From Candidatus Omnitrophota bacterium (GTDB lineage: Bacteria > Omnitrophota > Gorgyraeia > Zapsychrales > Aceulaceae): a DNA stretch of 64,000 nucleotides. The stretch spans positions 119 through 64,118 of the forward strand of contig JAKQPK010000029.1 of NCBI GenBank assembly GCA_029564765.1, read 5' to 3'. Position numbers and translations under genes: made by a program. Below are positions 27,001 to 39,000 of this stretch, piece by piece. The notes below the pieces were generated by a model that searched no databases, was not told the DNA's origin, and was given only the letters and a program-made list of their open reading frames with translations. Positions within the stretch are counted from its first letter, which is position 1. Every line of letters starts with the position of its first letter.

Positions 27001-30000
27001 AATTATAAATCTTTTTAAGTTTTATCAAAAAGAAGGAGAATTTTGGGTAATAAAATTACAATATAGGTTAAATAAAGATGCATTACCTAAAAAGTCGCCA
27101 GACCTGAAGAGCTCCATAGACATAGAACTCCTTAATCAGCTTTCTTATTACTTTCTTATTTCATCAAAAGATAAAGGAGATTTTATTACTTCTGGCATCT
27201 TAGTTAATATCGCATCTACTTATTCTAAATTAGTTAGATATCATGAAGCAATGCAACTTTGTAAAGAAGCCATTAGACTTAATCCGAACAATGCCGTGGC
27301 ATTTTATAATTTAGGTGTTTTTTATGCTAAATTAAATCAATCTCATAAAGCAATTCAAGCTTATGAAGAAGCCATTAGGCTTAATCCGAACAATGCCGAT
27401 GTTTATTATAATCTCGGTGTTACATATGACAATTTAAGCCAATATAGCGAAGCAATTCAAGCATATAAAGAAGCCATTAGGTTTAATCAGAATTATGCTG
27501 AGGCTTATTCTAATTTAGGCGTTACGTATTGTGCTTTAATGCGACACTTTGATGCAGTTCGAGCATTGGAAAAAGCGATTAGACTTGATCCAAGCCTTGC
27601 CGAGGCTTATCTTAATTTGGGTAGTGCGTATTATCTGGCGGGAAACGAAAACAAAGCATTAGAAAGCTGGGAAAAAGCTGTGCAGTTAGACGGTACGTTT
27701 TTGAATCTGCTTCCTGCGAATATTAAAGCTAAAATTCTTCAAAAAGGCAGTTCAAGCGTTCAGGCATGCTTAAAGAAACTCGCGCTTAAAGGCCTCTTTT
27801 TAGCTATGGGAATAGGTCTTTTCTTTTCATGCAAGAAAGACAATATTGTGGAGCCTATCGATCCATCTCCGGCACAGGATACAGTTCCTGCTTATCTGCT
27901 CAATGAGCGCATAGGTTTTGTTGAGACCGGCTCAATCGATGGGGGTATGTTGTGGCTTAAAGATATGAAGGGCACAAATACAGCTCTATTAAGTGATGGG
28001 GTTTGGAGTGATGTCAAGTGGGCGCCTTGCGGCGATAAGGCTGTTTTTTCTATTCGAGAGAACGGGCAATATTTTATGAAAGTTGTTGATACCCTTGGCA
28101 CGATTAGAATTAAGATGACAGATGGGGCAGCCAATTATGACGCTCAATGGCTAAGTGATACAACAGTGCTTTATACAAATAATTTTGATGGTATTTATAA
28201 GCTTAACGTGAATACAGGCATTTCAGAAGTTCTTTTTAAAACAAACGGTTATGTGCTGGACCATAATCCTGCAGTTCACGGAAACAAGCTTGCGTTTATT
28301 GAGCATTATTATGAAACATTCTTTTCTTTGAGGCTAAAAGATATAGACGGAACAAATAACTTTGCAACATTATTCAAAGGGAATTCTGCATTTAACGAGC
28401 ATATGGGCTTAGTCTGGACGCCAGACGGTAGGAAGCTCATATTTTTCTCGCAGGTGAACGGTGGCCTTATTTATGTTTACGATGTTTTTGTTCGGTCAAT
28501 GGATACTATCAGCCTTCAAGATCTCGGAATACCAATGTATATGAGGATGCTTCTTTCTCCAGACGGCCAGAAGATTGCTATTGGCGGGCATTATGTAGTA
28601 AATATTGATGGGACTGGGTTTTCCCAGATGAACGAAAATATATATCAGCCGCTTGCCTATGCGTGGTCATGGGATAGTCAATATATCATTGCTTCTCCAT
28701 GGAACCAGGATGTTTATATTTATAGCGTTGATGGATCAAAGGGATACACTGTTAAAGACGTTACGCGGAAGCCGTATTTTATTAATGGAATATCATGGCG
28801 TCCTCAAGGAGATAAAAAGGGCGTGATTGTTGGCGGCAAGGCCAATTCTCCGATCGGTTCTCGTCAGGACATTCCAAGCCTTCCTTTGATGGACAGATCT
28901 ATCAGTAGTCCTATGAATTTATTGCCGACCATGCCGGTCTTTGCGCCGATGATGTTCGTCGCCGGCGCTGTGCCGGGTGCAAGGTTTGTGCTGACAGCTT
29001 TGGCAGTCTTAACGATTATTACGATCTTAGGAAAGTGGTTTGCTAAGCGAATTAGTGCGTCTAACGCTGATCAGCAAGCATCAACTTTGGTTTTGTTCTT
29101 TGAAAAAATGAAGTTGATGTCAGGTCTTTCGGTTGAAATGAAAGAAGAAAAAGACCTGAATAACTTTGCGGCATTTTCCAACAGGCCGCTGCCCAATCTT
29201 CCTTCCGTGGCAGGAATTAGATATGTGGCAGCGGCTGCTTTCTTTTCTTACCGCAGTCCCGCTTTCCTAAGTAAGAATAAAGGAAGCGTTACGACTGTCT
29301 TCGCCAATCGTCCCGTTTCCCTTAAAGAAAATCAAGGAAACGGTATCCAGATTTCCATTAAAAATCGATTCAAAGTGAATCTAGTCAGGATGAAAGATTT
29401 GGCACCGACCTTTGTTCTTTTTCCCCAAGCCTCTTCCTCAGCGTTAAAAAATGATTTTGATATGCATATTTATTCTATGCTTAACGTGATTCCTTCGGTT
29501 TCTGCGCAAGGATGGTCTTTCGGGGTAAAAGAATTTTCAAAAATTTTAGCCAACGCAGACATCCGCTATTCAATTGAGGTTGGAAGCTTTGTTAAAGGAT
29601 TTCCTAAATCTATCGCACGAACACTACACTTAAAGTTTCTCGATTCAAGTATTAAAGGATCGCCATTGTTGAATTTAGCGAGCGCCGAAACTCGACAGAA
29701 AGCCGAAGATGGTACGCTTCATCTATATGATGTTGTTAAAAAAGTTAGACCGCAGATCATATCTTTCCATCTCGGATTTTCAGTAGAAGCGGTCGTTGTG
29801 AATTCTAAAACAAGAGATTTTGAACCAGCGTCAAATACTTTCAGCGCGATGACGCAAAGCGAGGTTTTTGATAGCATTGCTGCGACAACACGCGCCATTT
29901 TCGAAGCCTTGAAAAATTTAGGATATAAGAAAAATGATCTTCTTTTAGAAAATCTTGTTTATTCTGAAAATGGCGCGTTTGAACATGTTTGCAATCCATA

Positions 30001-33000
30001 TTTTATCCGTTCTGTTTGGCAGGAAACAGAATATGGAGCGCTGGTCGATTTCGGTCACGCCTTTGTCAGTGCTAAGCTACTCGGTTACGATCCAAAAGAT
30101 TACATTAAGATTATTATTAATAAAGATAATATTTCCCATCTTCGGGAGGTCCACATCGCTGTTCCAGGTTATGACCAAGGAAAAAAGCAATGGAGAGATC
30201 AGCACAATTGTTTCTCCAGCGATACCGGGAGCGAAGCCAACCAAGCGCTAAGATCCATGCTTTATTATATCTTAGACCTTAGAAGAGTAGAGAGCGTGTC
30301 CGAGCCTTTGATTGTTAATTTTGAGACAGGAGAGGAAAGCGCGACCAGAGAACTTGATGCTTTAAATAGCTATTTGTGCGAAGTTTCTTCAAGCGTGTTA
30401 TCTTTTTTTAGAAATTGGCGGGAAATACGTAAGGAAAAAAGAACGATAGAAGCCATTCAATTTATCAACAGTTTTGATGAAAAGGATGACAACAATATAT
30501 ATATAAGTGAAAATTTAATAATGAATGATGTTTATGATAGGTATGTTAAGACAGGCGTAAATTTTTCACAGTTTATGGAATATGCTGCATTTCTTGCGGC
30601 GACCAAAGATCATCGAAGATTCAAAATTCTTCCAAAGCTAAGAGAAGTATTTTTAAAGCTACCCTCTAAGGTTACCAGAAGCTCCCTCTACAATGGTGAT
30701 ACCTTTGTAGGCATAACATCCGGTTCTTGTTTTGAGAGTGACGAGCTTTTAAAGATAATAAATGACATAGAAAGCTCCTTAAGAGAAAGAAATTCTTCGG
30801 CAACAGCTATTTCCTCCCCAAGCCGATACAATCCTCATAAAAGTTTTGGGTATCGTCCGCAGAGCTGGAATGAGGAAAAAGGTTTTGAGTATCAGCCAAG
30901 AAGAAAATATTCTTATCCCATCAGAGAGCGCTCTTCCAAAGGCTCCGAAAACGACCAAGAAAAAGAGAGCGAAGCATCTTCTGAGCAAGAGAATGATCCG
31001 CAAACGTCTGAAAACAAAGAGCAGCAAGCAACCAGCGAGAGTTCTTCGAACGTCAAGCTTGTAAAAAGAATAGAAGCGGTCGTTCCGCGGCTGGAAAAGT
31101 ACGCCTTTACCTATATTAAAAGCTGCTATTTGTATGATCATAACGCTCATAGCAAGCTCTCCAGGGTGCATCCCGCGGCTATTTATCTTCCTTTAGTTTT
31201 CTTTTTAGAAGGAGGATGTTCATCCTACCCGCATGTAGAAGAAGCGATCGCATTATTAGCTATCATTTTAGAACCTCAAGATTTCGAAGGCTTTCAGAAG
31301 TCTGCCTGCGCTTGTGACGCCAAACCTGTTCATTTGGTCTATCGCGCGATGGCAAGATCAGAAAAATATCACACAAAGAAAGCTTCTATGGCGAGCCCTC
31401 TGGCGTCCGTGATATCAAGCAGTCTTCGCCGTTTTGTTCTGACCACCATTGTTTTGATCGCTATGAGCGTGACATCCCTTTTCGCCCAAGCGATACCCCA
31501 AGAGAACGCCCAGCTCGATGAATCATGGCGCGTGCGTTTTCTCGCGATCAATGCCAGAGAGATAAAACATTTGGACATGATCTCTATCGGCCAAGACGTG
31601 TATGATACTGTTTTACGTGGTCAGCTTGAGCGAGAGATCGTTCAAAAGAGAGTGTTCTTGGAAAAGAGTTCTTGGCAGTATCAGGAAATGGAGCAAGACA
31701 AGGAAGTTTTGCGTATTTTAAAACTTGTTGAAAACGCGAAAAATAAGCGAGACCTTGAAAACATTGTCATCGGGTCGCAAGTATTCGATCCCCAAGTTAG
31801 GGCGCAAATACAAGAGCATATTGTAAGCGTAAAGACGCAGCTGAAGAATTCCCAGGAATTATCTTATATTGAGGAAATGCTTAAGTTCTCGACTGAAGAA
31901 GACTTTTTGAAGAGAGCGGGAGTTTTTCAGTATATGCGTGCTTTCCCTGCAGAGCAAAGACTTTATGTTGAGAATAAAATTGCTCGGCAGCAAAGAGTGT
32001 TTGAAAAAGAAAAAGAGTATGCGCTTGCGATCTCACGCTCCCAGGGGTACTTATCTATTCTCAGCGATCTTTCGCAATGCACGAACCAGCAGGAAGTGAA
32101 TTCTATCCGCATTGATTGGGATTTGTACGATACGTATCTTAAGCAGGCGATTAGACAGGCGATACGCCAACGCTTAGAGGAGATCGATCAAGAGGCTTCT
32201 TTACACGGCCTGGAAAAAACGTTTTACGCGCGGGAAGCATTCCTTCAAAGCGCGATGCTTTATTTAACAACAGACGCTCGTCTTTCTCTCAATATTTCCA
32301 GTGATAATCCCTGGCTTGAACGATGGATCAAAAAGGAATTAATCGCGAAAGAGCGAGAATTGGTCTCTGGCAAGTTTGATATTGAGCAGGAAAAGGAAGT
32401 TTTACGTTTTTATCGAGCCATGATCGATGCCGATCAGGTAGATCTTTTGGATAGTCTGAAATATGGTCCTCAGATAACTTCTTTAGAGGTGCGCGAACAA
32501 TTGCTGAGAGAAAAGCAAGCAAAGCGAGATCTTTTAAAGAAAATAGAGGATCGTTTTCGAGAAATGGAACAATGGGCTAAGGTCGTCGATCTGCAGAGCG
32601 CGATATTTTATGCTAACGCACAGAAAGATCTTGAGGGTTTTTATGTTGATCCACAAGTCTACGATGCAGACATCCGTCAATGGCTCATGTACCAAGCCCA
32701 AGCGAAACGCCGCGTACTCGCGCAAGATGAAGAAGTGAAACGTGTAGAAAAGAAGATCGATTCCGCTGCGCGCTCTTATGATCTTGAAAACATTTTTATT
32801 GGAAAAGCAGTTGTTGATCTTTCAACATACAAGGAACTTGCGGCCAAGATCTCCGTGCGACAACAAGCCCTTAAAGAACAAGAGCGCTTGCGCATAAGGA
32901 TCCTTGAGCTTCAGGGATCTTTGAGCGTTCGCCAGGATATCCGGCGGGCTTATCAGACCCAAGACCTTGCTCGTGTTAAGATCGATGGCAATGTGACCGA

Positions 33001-36000
33001 TCAAAAGACGCTTCAGCGCGAGATCTTGGATAAAAAAGCTTATTTTGATCTTCAAAAAAGCTTATCGTTTTTGATGGATCGCGATAAGGAGATCTTAACG
33101 ATCCGCTCGCTTGTTGATAACGCCAATACAATCAATGATATAAACATTGTCCAGGCCCGGGTCAAGATCCTGGAAGAGGTAAGGTTTTTTGACGGAACCG
33201 ATTGGGCGCGAAGACTTCAGCAAGAGATCTCGATAAAGAAAGCCGAGATAGAAAAGAAAGACGACACGACACAAAAAGGAAGCGTGAATATTTTCATGAT
33301 CTTTTTCGCCTTTTTGTCCCAGCCCTGGCAAGCCCTCAAGCGTTATGCCAGCCGCCTTCTAAGCCGTCGATCTATCCGCGAACAGACCTTGCAAGAGGAT
33401 GACCAAAAAAGATCACAAAATGATAATATTCTGCGATGCGATGGATTTCGCATCGTTGAAAAGAACGTTTTTGTACCTGAGCGATTGTGGAAAGATATCG
33501 TCAAAGGGCCTTTGAGCGAGAAGATCAGCTTAGCCTTAAGGTCTATCGATGAGAATCCGTATTGTGGATTTTTAGCACGTGAATATCATTTACGTGTTTT
33601 TGTTTCGGATCGGGTCCCTGGCGCAAAGCTTTATGGATACAAGCTTGGCCCGTCACAAAGTTTGTTCTATGTCGTTTTTGATTCTCAGAAAATCCTTGTG
33701 GCAGGTGTTATCTATAATGAATTTACGCACTATTTATCTAAGAATAAGCATTGGATCGCAACGACCCAGCATACCATTGATCGCTTTGTCGCGCTGCATA
33801 GGCAAGCTCTGCAGGAAAGAACAGAGACTGTAGAGATCCCTGAAAACAAACAGAATGTGCCGTTACGTTATATGCAGGCGTTCGCGGCGCAATATGACAA
33901 GGTTGAATTTTTATACACAGAAAAAGACGGCCGAGCCTATTTTGTTATTCCAACGTCGATACAGCGCGTGAAGGACATCGTTGAGAGCAAAGGATTTAGA
34001 TATCAGATCGTTGAAAAACGTTCAACACCGACATTCTTTATTTTAGGACCTGACGATGAGCGCATAGGTCGTTTTGGCGTGTACGATGAGCGTGTTGTTA
34101 TTAATCCATGCCATGTGAACAGCTGGGATCAGGTTCAGACGATCATCGCGATCACGCGTCTTGCTCTTGACCTTAAACCCTTAAGCACGACAGGGCGTAC
34201 GAAGATCTCAAGCGGCATTCTTTTCGATCGAAGATCATGGTTTTCGGCAGATCTATTTTCTGAAAGGCCGCTGTCAATATTGCTATTTTTATCTTTCAGC
34301 TCTTTTGTGAGCAACCATGGCGGTGAGGATAAGAATGGAATGACAGCGGCCTTTTTTGCGATAGGAGCACCTATTCTTCCGCCGCAAGAGCTTACCGACA
34401 ATGTTCATTTAGCCTATCCTGTGGAGCTTGATACGCGCTTGAAGGACACCAGGCCTTCGATGAGGATAGCGACTTTCAAAGCTAAAAAGATCCTTTGGAA
34501 GGTAAAAGATTTTTCTTTATTCTTTTACGCGACAGCGCCTTTTATGTTTTTGACAGTTGGCGCTCAACAAGCGAAAGAAGAAAGCAAGGTTCGGGTTTTC
34601 GCGCCTTTGTCTTTTTATCCGGAGGCGGTTTTACGCTACAGCAGGCCAAATGTCAGGATCACTGTGTTTAAGGTCAAGAAGATAGAATGGAAAGTAAAAG
34701 ATTTTTCTTTGATTCCCCAAGCCCTTGCGCGTCAGGATCAGGATCAGCCAAAGCTTCCAAGGGATCCAAAAAGCCTTCCTTTAAAGAGTGCGCCTGCCTT
34801 AAGCGCGCAAGAACAAAATATGGACATAAGAGTCTCAAGGCCTAAGGGATCTGTGATTACTGAAAAAGGAGATTTGAGCAGCAAGGCCCCAAAAGCTTTT
34901 GAACTTTCTCATAACGATTATGCGCGGGCGGTTGCATCAAGGACGAACGCTATTTCCTGGCATCCTATCAGCAGGGGAAGATCCGTTGCCTGTACCAGCG
35001 CTGTCCTTTCTGATCATTTCTTTTTAACAGTCCTTCATAAAATCACCCTTCTTTTAGCCCGTATCCATGATCGTTTCTTTTTTGGCAGTTCGCGACACGC
35101 AAATGAGCGGCTTTCCGCCCTGTTTTATCACGCGCTTTCTGAGAAAGGCCTGTGGATATCAAAATATTTAAGGACGCGGTCGCGAGAACAAGGACGAGAG
35201 GCTTTGTACCACGAAACTCTTAAGATAATATTTTTCATCCGAAAATTTTCAGAAAGAGCGTTAGGGATCTTGCGCCACGAGCGAAGCGCCGGTCTTTGGA
35301 TCAAAGATGATGAGGCGATCGAACAGCAGCCAAAAAATTTAATGCGCCAAGAACTCTTTGTTCCCGCTAATCCTCGTCCAATGGCCGCGATGGCTGAAGG
35401 CGATCCCAAACCCGAATTTATTTTCTCGAACTTTCCTGTTTTGGAAGAAAGCGCTACCCCCACCAGCGGACAACTGGGTGCCAAGCTTGGCATCGATGCG
35501 TACGAGAAGGGGAGTGCGTGGCCACAGGATAATTCTCGTTTATTCGTAGGGTCGCTTGCAAGTACGCGAGCGGCCTCTGTTTTTTTGTCTGTTGAGCAAG
35601 CGCTTGCTTCAAGCAATGTGTCGAACTGGAAACCGATCTTTCATGTTTCTGGCCAAGGCGTTCAATGGTATTTACCGGAATATTTTCAGAAGAAAGTTAG
35701 GATCACACGGTTTGGCAAGGGAAAAAACTCGTTCGTGGAGATCGTCGACACATCTTTGTCGCCCTGGGACACAGAGAACAAGATGCGTTTATATTTCCCT
35801 TCCAAAGGCTGCGCGCGCGTCGTGTTGTTAAGATTCTTCTCTCCTTCAGGATCACAAAAGATCGTTTGGGAAGAGAAAAGCGCGGAATTTCAGACGGATC
35901 GACGAGGGTATTCGTTGACACGCCATCCTTTGATCGCGGAATTCTTGTTGCGCATGTTCGCCGTACGCCATGCAGAGGATGAGCTGACCGTTGCTGTGCG

Positions 36001-39000
36001 TAAAGAGCTAAGAATGTTGTCCTCGTTCATGCCGTCCTTGAAAAGAGAACTTCGCAAACAAGGGGATCTGCGCTTTGAATGGAACCATGTGCGTTTTAGC
36101 GGATTGCCTTTCAATCGCAAGAACCGCAGTCAGAATAAAGACGCTGCTGATCAGCAAGACAACCATCCTTTCCTTATGTATTCTTTCCCGGGGAGTCTTG
36201 TTGGCAATCCGCTGTTCTTGATCTTTGTTGACCGTAAGGATAGCAGCCGATTTATCGTGTTGGGCCGGGATGAGGAAAAATTTTATGTTCTCAACGACAA
36301 AGGTATCAAGAAATATTTAAAAATAAAAGCTTCCGATGGCCATGGCCGCCACGAAGCAACAGCGGATCTAAGACAGGCTAAAGAATTCCGTGATTTTATT
36401 GGCCTTTCATCGCGCAACAGGATCCTTAAAGATCAATCCAGGGCCTCAGAGAAAAGGAATCATTTTTATGTCGGGTTCTTGGAAAAAGATTTGAGGGTCT
36501 GTTTTACCTCAAAGATCCCCTTGAATGTTGAAGTCGTCAAAGAGCGCGGACGTGTTCGTCGCTTGCTTATTTCTGACCGTCAAGGGCGAGAGATCACCCA
36601 GGTTGCTGCTTTGGGAGATCGACAGTTCTTTGTTAAACACCTTGTTGATAAGAACAGCAAGCCCATTATTTTCACCGTTTATGGCAAGGCTGTCTTGATG
36701 AATGCCGTGTTAACGCGTATCAAAGATATTATCAATCCTTGCCAAGAAATGGCGATCATGCGCCAGCAGGTTTTTCCTTCGTCAAAGCCAGGCTCTCAAT
36801 TTTGCCCTATGCGGATCGTTGAGAAGAACGGCAAGACGAAGGTTATTTTCGAGAAAAAAGAAAAAGGTAAGGGCGCGCAAAATAAGAATATTTCTTCAAG
36901 CCTTGATTTGTCGCTTGATTCTTTCATAATACATATAAGCCTTTCTCAAAGATCAGACTGCCCTGTTAAAAGTTTAAAAGCTATCTTACCTCGTCCGTGG
37001 CTGGTGGGGGGTAGCTCTTTTAACAGGGCAGTTTCTTCTAGTCTTTCGCGCGCGTCATCCAACAACGTAAAGAACAGCAAGCAAGAAAGAACTCTGCCCA
37101 AAGATTCCATGAGCCCGCACAATATCGTTGATCTTCTGGGTATGCCAAAATATATCGGAGCTCAAGGAAAAGGGTCTTATGTAGTCTTAGATTACATGAA
37201 CGCGATCGTTAAGCTGGTCGGCTCTCTTGAGGATGCTCAAAAGCTCATTGGCGAGAAATTATTAGAGAGATTGTCTCAGTCGGAGCAAGGGCTCATTAGC
37301 GCCCAAGGCCTGCAATATTTGGAAAAAGTCGCGCTGGATATTTATGTTCCTCTGGCGATCCGGCTCGGACTTGAACCATTGGCGCAGGAACTTCGTGATC
37401 GCGTTTTTCGAGCTATTGACCCGGATCAATATCAAGAAACAGCTCGGCAAATGCAGGAAGCGACCGGGATGGATGCTGGTCAACGTAAGGCCTTTTTGGA
37501 TACTATTAGCGACCGCGTTGTAAGCAAATTGCGCAGTACCGCTGGCATTGTGATCGTCAATGAAGAGCATCGCGTCAAAGGTATTTACGCCTCAAGCCAA
37601 AAGATCGGACGCAAGGGCAAGAAAGGCAAGCAATACACTTGCATTAACGATCTCGAAGATCTTCTAGGCATCCATCTGATCGTTGACAGTGAAGAAAGTT
37701 TTTGGAATACGGTCGGACAGCTCAGAGGCTGGGCTTATAATTTTAAAGATATTAAAGGCGAGATCTTAGAAGATCAGACAGAACTGAAGAGTATTTATAA
37801 AGGAGACAATTATAACGCCCATCATTTTGGGGTCCGTATCCCTGTGGACGCTGGAGCGCAGAAGCGCTTTGTGATCCTTGAGATCAAAGTATTCAGCAAA
37901 AGCGAATATGACGCTTTCAAATACGGCAATGCCGCTGTCTGGATCTGGGAAGCTAAGAAAAGAAACCCTAGCCAGCGATTTGACCTTGATGGGCTTGTTT
38001 ACGTGAGCGAAAATGCGAAAGAAAGTTTTTCTTCTTTGCTTTCGTTTTTAAACAATTGGATATATGTTTTCTTGTATCAAGAACTGCCTTCAGGGGAAAC
38101 CGTTCTTCAACCTGTGCGCATGAAGCAGGGAGCCATTGTCGCTGATTTTCTAGCTGCGCAGTCAAAGGAAGACAAGCAATGTATCCATAGTGAACAGTAC
38201 CGACGTTTTTATAAAAAACCTTTTTCTTTGCAGATCGCTCGCAGCTATCGTCCACACGGCAAAGACGAGCGCGACCTTGGAGAGGCATTGTTCAACGCGG
38301 ATATCGTGCGTATCAGCACGCGCTATGCGGAGATGACCGTGCCTTTGATGCAGCATATAATGGCCCGGGCGCGATATTTTAAGACTATTAGCTTCTTACA
38401 ATCAGAACCTCGAAAGGCTGACAAGAAAGGCAATGATCTTAGTCCTAATGTTGAAGAATTTTTTAAGGAGATCGGAGGAACAAGCTTTGAAGCATTCTTA
38501 AGATATCACACGCTGACGGTTGCTCAGGCCAATGCGCTTCTCTCCAATAGCGTAATGCGTGTCCGTCTTGATCAAAGAGAGTCCGTTGTGCCTGGGGAAG
38601 AGACGATCAACATGAAGACCGTTATTTTTCAGTCTCCTTCTGGCCAGGCAAGAGAATCTTTTGTTTCCTTGCGCATCGAGATCGCTCAAGATCGCATAGG
38701 GTTCATGCGGGACATCCTTGAGCATATTTCTGCTTTTGGTGCTGTTATTGCTCAAGATCGATCCACACAAAAAGTTGTTCACATCGAATTAGTTCAAGTT
38801 GATCCCCAAGACCTTGATCAGCTATTTTCTTCGTTAAGTGATATTCAATTTCAGGATTTTGTCGCTGTGGAGCAAGTTCAATATCGGCCAGGCCATGTTT
38901 CTGTTCTCGTTTTGTCGGAGCAAAAAGGCTTTCGTTATAGGGCGCTTAAACTTCTTATTTTGCAACGTTTATCCCGGCTTAGCGTTAACTTTCAAGAAGC

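Noticed and set aside
23327-34357. GC hairpin plus T-tract elements as functional gene-ending intrinsic terminators
   Set aside because: No stop codon precedes any of them and the reading frame continues straight through. They cannot delimit separate conventional genes in the sequence as given. They are kept as a finding (possible attenuators, relics or repeats) rather than annotated as terminators.
35128-35616. Minus-strand ORF of 162 aa (also 61463-61954, 163 aa; 30779-31171, 130 aa; 40499-40921, 140 aa; and the other 60-137-aa ORFs in the track)
   Set aside because: All overlap the continuous plus-strand frame antisense or out of frame, have odd Cys/Arg/Ser-rich composition, and lack recognisable motifs. 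They are the expected random ORFs in non-coding frames of a long gene.
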